A DNA stretch of 45,237 nucleotides, filler included, from Jimgerdemannia flammicorona (lineage: Eukaryota), in assembly GCA_003990765.1 (NCBI GenBank). It is 2 parts of 2 records of this genome, joined end to end, with 100 filler letters (N's around TTAATTAATTAA, not from the genome) between each part and the next. Parts side by side here need not be neighbours in the genome. Positions count along the whole stretch, not along the records: positions 22,671 to 45,237 come from RBNJ01001247.1; 1 more part is not named here. One strand, written 5' to 3'. A model generated the notes under the pieces. The model was not told the origin of the DNA. It worked only from the letters and a program-made list of their open reading frames with translations, and ran no database searches. Shown here piece by piece: positions 37,358 through 45,237 of the stretch; the stretch's first letter is position 1, and every line of letters begins with the position of its first letter. Made by a program: the position numbers and the translations under genes.

Positions 37358-39573
37358 GGATAGGGGTGACATTGTATTGTTTACATTATAGACTTCAGTA
37401 ATAAAGAGCAGTCCAAGAGAAAAAAAAAAAAAAGATATATCTAACTTTATCATTGGTGCAGTCATCTCTCAAGATGATGGTCAAGAATACTGACCTATTG
37501 CCTTCGAGTCAAGAAAATTGTCCCCTGCAGAATAAAAGCTAGCTACTCATGAAAAAGAACTTCTAGAAATTATGCATGCCCTCAAGACTTGGCAACACTA
37601 TCTAGAAGGAGTTGAGTTCGACATGATCACTGATCACAGATCCCTTCAGTATATCAATACTCAACCAACCCTTTTCTGCTAATAAGCCAAGTAGAGTCAA
37701 CTGCTTCAGGCCTTTACCCCAAACATTATCTACAAGTCTGGCAAAACTCTAGTTATACCAGATATACTTTCAAGAAGACCTGACCTTGCTACAATCTTAC
37801 AAGTCACTGTGGCACCCAAATTCCTCAATCAGATCAAGAAGACATATGAATAAGACTCTCTAGTTCTATAAAAGAATACTAAGGAATTTAAGAAAAAGTA
37901 CACCATTAAGGATAACCTCATGTACTATTAAGATAAAGTATATATTCTTGCTGACCCTGAACTATGGTACAAGATCCTTTATGAACATCATGACTCTCCA
38001 CTAACTTGTTACCTTGGAATTGAGAAGACTGTCAAGAATATTCAATGAGACTACTACTGGCCAAACATGCTCAAAGAAATCAAGGAGTATGTCCAAAGCT
38101 ATGATCTTTGTCAAAGAAACAAATCAAGCAACCAAGTATCTACCGGTCTTCTACAGCTCTTACCAATTCCAACCAAGAAGTTTGAGTAAGTCACAATGGA
38201 CTTCATTATACAACTCTCACAAATAAAAACAGGCTATGATGCTATTGTTGTGTTTGTAGACTGTCTTACTAAGATTACAATCACCAAGCCAACTACAACC
38301 AATGCTACTACCTCAGAAAATGCCAGAATCTTCTTCAAGACTGTCTTCTACCATTATGGACTTCCTTGAGTAATTATTAGTGACCATAACCCCAAGTTTA
38401 CAAGTCACTTCTAGAAGCACTCTTCAAGACTCTTGGAACCCAAATCACTATATCTACTACCTTCTACCCTCAAAATGATAGACAGACTAAGTGAATAAAC
38501 AAAACACTTAAACAAATACTCAGAAACTATGTGTCTTATGAGCAAGATGATTGAGACCACTATCTGACCTATACTGAGTTTGTCTACAACAATGCCATCC
38601 AATCATTAACTGGCCTTTCTCCATTTCAGCTACTTCATGGCCAAAACCCCAAGACCCCTACAAGCCTAGTCTCCTTCCAGCAATATAGTTACATACAAGT
38701 CCCCACAGCCCAGAACCTTATCAACAAAATGAATTCCCTTCTTAAGATCACCACTATGAACCTGCAAAAAGCTCAGCAATATTAAGCTAAGTATGCAGAT
38801 AAGAAGCAGTGAGATGTCATATATAACATTGGTGATATAGTTCTACTCAAAGCCAATAACATCAAGGCTCAATCTCAAGTCAACCGCTAGTCAGCCAAAT
38901 TCCAGCCCAAGTACCTTGGACCCTTTGAGATTACTGAGCAAGTCTCTACCTAGTCTTACTGTCTCAACTTGCCAACAACTATGCATATATACCCAGTATT
39001 CTATATATCACAACTCAAGGCCTGGAACCAGTTACCTCCATATCCTGGCTGAATTCTGACACCATCAGCACCAGTGATAGTTGAAGACCACATTGAGTAT
39101 AAAGTCAAGAAAATCTTAGACAAATGAGTTCAGTACTATTGCACAGAATACCTAGTCAAGTAGATGGGTTACCCTGAATATGATACTACCTGGAAACCTG
39201 CTGCCAACCTTAAGAACTCTCATGACCTCATCCAAGAGTTTGAGCAAAAAGGAACTCATTAACTGCCCATGAGGTTCTCCTCTTGAATAGTAGATGACAT
39301 ACTATGCTGATCAGGCACATTAAGCATTGGGGCACTCTAAAGAATATAGCATCAGAAATAAGAGATATGAGAACTCTATAAATCTTGTAACCAATAAGGT
39401 TCAAACCAGTTCTCATCTGATCAAGATGATACTTTAGCTCTTACCTTATACAAGGATGGCTGGTCCTTACTAATGAGCCAATATATTTTATTTGAAGTTT
39501 CTTTTAGTATTATTGTTTATTATATATAACTTTGAGAATTCAACAAGAAAATTGATTCTTAAGGAGGGGGAGA

Positions 39574-39980
39574 TGTAATATTTTAGTGTAGTTTATTTCT
39601 TTTCTTTGTCTTTTTCTCAATATTCTACAATCTTCCAGTACTTTCCAAATACTTAGAAATCCTTTCTTGGCACTGAGCATCCACTAGTACTTATTTAGCT
39701 AGCCACAGAATATTCTGGAAACTTGTAGAACTTTATTTATCATCATTTGTCATCCTTGTCAAGAACTTTCCTCTTGGTATTTTCCTTTGATTTCTCAGAT
39801 CCTTCCAGATCCTTCTTTCAGATCTTATATAAATATCTCCTTCATTCTCATGAATAAAGGCTCAGAATATTTTTCTCCCAGAAATCCTTTAAGAATACTT
39901 GAACCTTTAAGTATCCCTTCAAGCTACTTTAGGGCAATCAGAACTAATCACTTCCTTATTTAGAAACTAAAACTGTTACA
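39574..39980 (+). repeat. Chromovirus 3' LTR (TG...CA, 407 bp)
   Basis: Follows PPT AAGGAGGGGGAGA; TGTAAT...GTTACA; its 3' end matches 28536-28617. Confidence 0.92.
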
Positions 39981-42237
39981 GATAGATTATATATTCATTT
40001 ATAATTACCAGAAGTACTATCTCCCTATTATCATCTACTTCATACTCCTCTGCCTCCAACAGGTCTGTCATCAGTTCATCTTAGAGCTTCTGTACCACCT
40101 TCTCTCTTTGTAGGATCTCACTTCAGTACCTCTCACTAATTATATGAAAATCTACTCTATTAAGCTCATCAGTTATAATATTTGTCAATACCTTCTATAA
40201 CTATCTCTCATTATCTATAGCCTCATCAATACTTAGAATCACCTCCTGCCTTTCAACCCTCAGCCCCTCTCAGCATCTGTCTTTACTGACTTATCTTAGT
40301 CCTCCTTTAGTATATTCTATAGTTTATCAGTTCTCTCTCCTCCTGTGGATATATCATACTGTATTTGGGCCTCCTCTACCATCACCTCATACTCAGCTAT
40401 TATACTCTATCTAGAGCCACCCTTCTTCTCTAGAATTATAGTAGAAGCTACTCTCTTCTCCTCTGCCCAAGTACTAGCTCTCAATCTAACTTCATTTATA
40501 GTATTCTCTCCCTCTGCTCTCTCTTCCAAACTCACTAACAAATCTTTCTGAAGCTGTCTCCCTTATACTCTCTTCCAGACAACCTGATCTAGTTATACTC
40601 TCTTACCATTTACTACATTTACTACTATCTTAGCCTTAAACTCCTTTCAGACTAGTCTTCTCTTCTCTACTACTCTAGTCAGATCCTCTAATATCTCTAG
40701 CAAGTTCTTCTTCTTCTCTAGTATTCTCTTCATCCTTAAGACCTTATATTCCACCAGTCTCCACTTAAGTACTACCAGTCAATCTCTTTTTTTTTCAGTA
40801 TTCTCCTTATCTACTAGTCTTACTTTTTTAGTCCTAAACTCTATATCTTCTCAGATCTGGAATTCAACATCAATCATCTCTCTATATTCCTTAATAATAT
40901 CAATAATCAGCCCCCTGACCACCTCTTTCTTCATCATAGATATATTTGCTACTATCAACTATACTATTTAGAGAGTTTCAGTATAAGCACCAAGTTATAG
41001 AAATCACTATCCTTCTCTCTATTACTCTTTTCTCCAATGCTCCTAACATCAAATCCTTCTCCTTGAGACCTTTTTCTGCTACCTTACTGATTACAATGGT
41101 TTGGTAGGTAACCTTCTGAGTCTACTTCTATAATTATTACTCCCCTTTACCTCAGGTTGGTTTGCTGTACCTATTGTAGGGCAGTGGGAGGGAGGCTATG
41201 GTGACAAGTTGCCTCTTTATTGGTGTCAGATCAGTGTCTTCTCTACTTTTTCATAGTTTTTGGTGCCTTCAGCTATATCTGGAGTATATTTGTTTTGGTG
41301 TGGTGCTTTCTTCCTTTTACCATTATCAACAAGGTACTGTCTCAATATATCTCAGGCTATATAGAGAGTCAGCTGACCTTGGGCATCAAGTACTTAGTAT
41401 AGGTTACCTGTAGGTTCTTGGTGCCTATGGTGGGGCCCTCTGGCTTTGGTGAGCTTCCCAGTGAGCATGGTTCTGATATAGGTGACTGTTTTTCAGGTAT
41501 TGTTGGGATGGGAGGGGAGATGGCCATCACAGATAGAAGGAAGAGCAATAATAGTAAACCAATAGAGTACCAGGCTAGGGACAGTTATTGGGGCTGGGGT
41601 GGGTGCTGCTTTGGTGGGGCCTTTTGATTGGTACAGTGTGGTTAGATAGTAGGTGTCACTCTCAGCTTCTTTTGGTGATTTGGTGGGTTGGGCCCTAGTC
41701 ATCAGGGGGGGTTGGGAGGCCTGAGGCTACCCATTTCAGGTATCTTGGCTGCACTCAACTGGAACCAATAGCTGATATGGTAACATGATCAAGGCCTACA
41801 GACTTGAGTAGTGGGGTATTGGGGGTCTCTTCCCGCCTTATATATAAGTCCTTTACTTATCTCAACTGAGAGAATCAGGCCCTACCCATCATGTTGTATT
41901 TTGATAAGGGTTTTTTCTCTGCCTATTATTCTCTTTAGGGTGGTAGAGGCTATTCTATTCAGCTTGGGCATAGCCTTGTATATATGTTGAGCTCTCAGGT
42001 GTATACTTTCAGTTATTGGTGTATAGTTGGATTTCCCCTAGTGGTAGAGAGAGCATAATATGCAGAATGAGGTGTGGGCTGCTATAGGCCCTGCTGTGTC
42101 TGACATAGTTAAGCTGCTAGACAATATATAGCTAGCCTAGATTAATGGGAGAGCAGTGCTTGATGGGTGGTGGGGAAGGGTTTTGGCCTATATAGCCTAG
42201 GTTCTCTTCCAATAAAAATCTGCAGAACATTGAGTCC

Positions 42238-42272
<35 letters not shown>

Positions 42273-42900
42273 AATCCTTCTCCTTAAAGTCCATCTTTAC
42301 TTCTTTCAGTCTCTTCAAGAACTTCACCAAGACTGCTCCTTTTATCTCTAAGCTAGAAGCCTCAGAACTATTTTACTATAACTATTAAACCTTAGAAGTA
42401 CAATATGATGACAAATTCAGATACTGATTTCTTAAATAATAGTATTACTACTAGATCTATTATATTATCAGCCAGATCTCTAGGCCTCATGCCCAGCCTC
42501 ACTATTAGCTATTATATCTGGATTTTTATTCAGATTAGTAGTCTCTTCTCTATTAGTAATCTCACTCTCTCTAGTCTTTACTCTCTAAGCTCTACTATTA
42601 CTACTGCTATAGGCCTCTTTATTAGGCTCTATAGTTTTTTTATTCTTCTTGCCCTTCTATAGCCAACTTTTCAATCTAGTTATTAGATACTCTGTCTTGA
42701 TCTTATCAGCAAAACTCATTCTTCTAGACCCCTATCTGCTAGTTTTATCTCTTCTATCTCTTCATCTATCAGAGAGAGTATCCAATAGACTTCTCTTTAA
42801 GTCATGACTCTTTCTTATATACTGCCAGTCAAATATACTAAGGCTACTTTACTCTGTATACTCCTTAGATTATTTATTAGTTACTATGTTATTATTATCT
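39981..42900 (-). mobile_element. Older, heavily mutated LINE ORF1/5' relic (host of the chromovirus and of retroposon copy 2)
   Basis: Minus strand reads MSFADK, SEFVII, VKFLKRLKEVKMDF, LKWRLVEYKVLRMK..LLEIL, homologous to ORF1 of the full LINE. The 5' boundary is approximate. Confidence 0.8.
41065..42268 (+). mobile_element. ~1.19-kb non-autonomous poly(A) retroposon (SINE-like), copy 2
   Basis: 17-bp TSD ATCAAATCCTTCTCCTT at 41048-41064 and 42269-42285; poly(A); colinear with copy 1. Confidence 0.9.
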
Positions 42901-42995
42901 TTTCTTCAAAAATAATATTGAAAATATTATCAGAAGTTTGTATAATCTAAATTATATTAGAGAAAAGTGATAATAATATATTTTATTATTATAAC

Positions 42996-43409
42996 TAGTG
43001 CTTCCAAATAAGTCAAATCAATTCGAATCAAATCAAATTGAGGGTTAAATGAGTCAAATCAAATTGGGGATTTTTCAATTCGAATCAATTCAAATCGAAT
43101 CAAAAGTCGAATCAAATTGAGGGTCTGATTCAAACCCTAAATTTCAAAATGCAATAACTCAGCGTAAACTCATCCAAATCTAACGTACTTTTGCTTGTTA
43201 GAATCACATTAATACAGTGAATCTAACAAGCTAAAATATGTTAAATTTGGATGAGTTCCTGCCGAGTTATTACATTTTGAAAATTAAGATTTGAATCAAA
43301 CTTCGAATCGAATTAGACCTTTGATTTGATTCGAATCGAATCAAATTGGACCCTTGATTTGATTGAATCGAATCAAGTTTGGACTAAATTCGATTCATTG
43401 GGAGTACTA
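42996..43409. mobile_element. hAT-type MITE, copy 2 (414 bp)
   Basis: 8-bp TSD ATTATAAC; TIR TAGTGCTTCCAA...TTGGGAGTACTA; colinear with 25194-25584. Confidence 0.93.
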
Positions 43410-43417
43410 ATTATAAC

Positions 43418-44800
43418 TCTCTTTGAAATTTTATTACTAAAATCTATTATTAAATTATATTTACTTATTATTAAAACTTTATTACTATATTATTATTTTA
43501 TAATCTTACTGATAAATTTAAAAATATAGATAAATTTGTTTATTAAAATATAATTAGTTATAATATTATATATTATAGTATATAAAATAATATTTTAAAA
43601 TTTAATATAAATAAGTATTAGCTAAGATATATATTATAGTTTTTACAAATATATTTATTTATAATATAGATTAAAAAAATAGCTATATAATTTAATAAAT
43701 TATAAATTATAATAATTAAAATTTAATTATTAATTTAATGTAATTTATTTTTATTTTTATTTTTATTTTTAACTATTTTATTATTAAAATATAAAAAATT
43801 TTAAAATAAATAATTAGTTAAAAATTATAAAGTAACTAAAATATATCTCTTATATAAATTATATTATATATATCTCTTAAATTATAGAATAAATAAATTT
43901 AGATAGATAATATATAAAGTTATTTATAAAAAATTTAAATTTATATATAAAATCTAATATATAATAATATATATTTATTTAAAATTAAAAATTAAATTTT
44001 AATAAGTAACTTATATAAAAAAATTACATATATTTATATACATATTTTATTTATAATTTAAGAGATATATTTATTAAATTTTAATACTTATTTTGTTATA
44101 TTTTTATTTGAAAATTATTTTTTTATATTTAATATTAAATTATTTAGTAAAATTTTATTTTACTATTTTAAAATTTATTTATATTTATCTTATAAATTAT
44201 GAAATAAGTAAAATTTATATCTTTTTAATATACATATAATATTAATTATATCTTAATTATTAAAGATTATTTATAACTATAATTTAAATAAATTTATTTA
44301 TAATTTATAATATTTTCTATTTTCTATTTTAATTATTTATTAATTTATTTAATATATTATAATTTTTTACTTCAATAATCTTTAAATTATAAGTAAAATA
44401 TTAATAAAGAAAAATATCTATTTATAATATGTTTAAAATAGTTAAAGAAATTTATATTTATATTTATATTTACTTATCTTATTATAATTAAACTAAATAA
44501 ATATAATAAAATATAATTATCTTTATTTTAATTTAATATTACTATTAAAAACTATAAAGATAACTATAGAGTAGACTTAAATTCTATTTCTTTTTAATAT
44601 AAAAATAATACTATATATTATACTAGTATTCTATAATATAAATTTAATCTTTATTTATTATAATTATAAATTTAAATAATATTATAAATATTATTGAGTT
44701 ATAGTCTAAAAATATTTAAAGTAGAAATTAAAATCAATTAAAATCAATTAAATAATAGTTATAGTGTAATATTAATTAAAACAAAAAGACAAATATATAT
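43418..44800. repeat. Extremely AT-rich low-complexity tract, probably a mutated repeat relic
   Basis: G and C are very rare; contains a perfect 19-bp inverted repeat (43868-43886 and 44052-44070). Confidence 0.6.
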
Positions 44801-45237
44801 ATTATTTGTAAATATCAAAACAAAAAGAGGGATTGTATAATGCCAAAATAAACAATAGAACCATACTTATGGCAGGTATTTATTAGCTCTTGTGTAGGTC
44901 CTCTTACGCGGTCTTATACGACTTTATGCATAGCGTAGTACGCGAGAATTGGGGATATTGTATCATTAATCAGAAATCCTTGAACAGTAGCACCCTCGCG
45001 ACGGATCCCGCAAGTTGGGACAAATATAGCATCCATTCAAAGATGTAGCAGGCGCCGTATTACCCCGTATGGGCTGACAAGCGCCGTATTACCCCGTGTA
45101 TTTGAGGTGTAATACTTGGAAAGTAGGTTTTAGTTTACATACATATCCCTTTGTTGGTATCGCACCTATATTTAGAAGAAACATAAAGTTTATTATAAAT
45201 TTTGTGAATATAATTTTTTTTTTTTTTTTTTTTTTTT

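Larger units (their letters stand above)
31668..37432 (+). mobile_element. Full-length L1/Tx1-like LINE (~5.77 kb)
   Basis: 20-bp TSD AGATATATCTAACTTT(G/A)TCA at 31648-31667 and 37433-37452; AATAAA and poly(A); two ORFs; strongly G-rich sense strand; retains some CpG. Confidence 0.97.
28536..39980 (+). mobile_element. Near-complete Ty3/gypsy chromovirus (partial 5' LTR, PBS, gag-dUTPase-PR-RT-RH-IN-chromodomain, PPT, 3' LTR), interrupted by a LINE
   Basis: 5' LTR remnant 28536-28617 then TGGTAG PBS-like; gag KPQKPDTFD..WFFQLEQY with degenerate knuckle; PR VLIDSRA; RT SPVLFVKKK..YIDD (30439-31500); RH/IN resume at 37433; chromodomain ~39090-39250; LTR 39574-39980. Confidence 0.95.

Noticed and set aside
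4172..39980. LTRs at 4172-4642 and 39574-39980 as the two ends of one giant element carrying HMGR
   Set aside because: Both follow a PPT, so both are 3' LTRs; they are diverged and lie on different contigs.
43418..44800. Mitochondrial or endosymbiont DNA insertion
   Set aside because: No recognisable gene, tRNA or rRNA; a mutated repeat is the simpler explanation, though not proven.

Overview
Eukaryotic, probably Mucoromycota fungal, DNA (inferred from the HMG-CoA reductase sequence and intron style). The window is two separate ~22.57-kb contigs joined by an artificial N44-TTAATTAATTAA-N44 linker (22571-22670), so the halves need not be neighbours. Left contig: nested, CpG-depleted, C>T-mutated retroelements (L1/Tx1-like LINE in a chromovirus, in a second Ty3/gypsy, next to a copia relic), then a CpG-rich island with an intact 4-exon HMG-CoA reductase gene (minus strand, ~1247 aa) and the probable 3' exons of another gene. 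Right contig: decayed LINEs, a near-complete dUTPase-bearing chromovirus interrupted by a full-length LINE, two hAT-type MITEs and a very AT-rich relic. The most unusual items are (i) a ~1.19-kb poly(A)/TSD-bounded retroposon with no recognisable domain, found as two full-length copies with identical 5' ends; (ii) a retroposed, intron-retaining 5' fragment of a GIS2/CNBP-like zinc-knuckle pre-mRNA; (iii) dUTPase domains at two different positions in two gypsy lineages; (iv) a Cys/His-rich insert and an extra ORF3 in one gypsy; and (v) RIP-like transition hypermutation. All calls come from manual reading and translation; no database searches were run.
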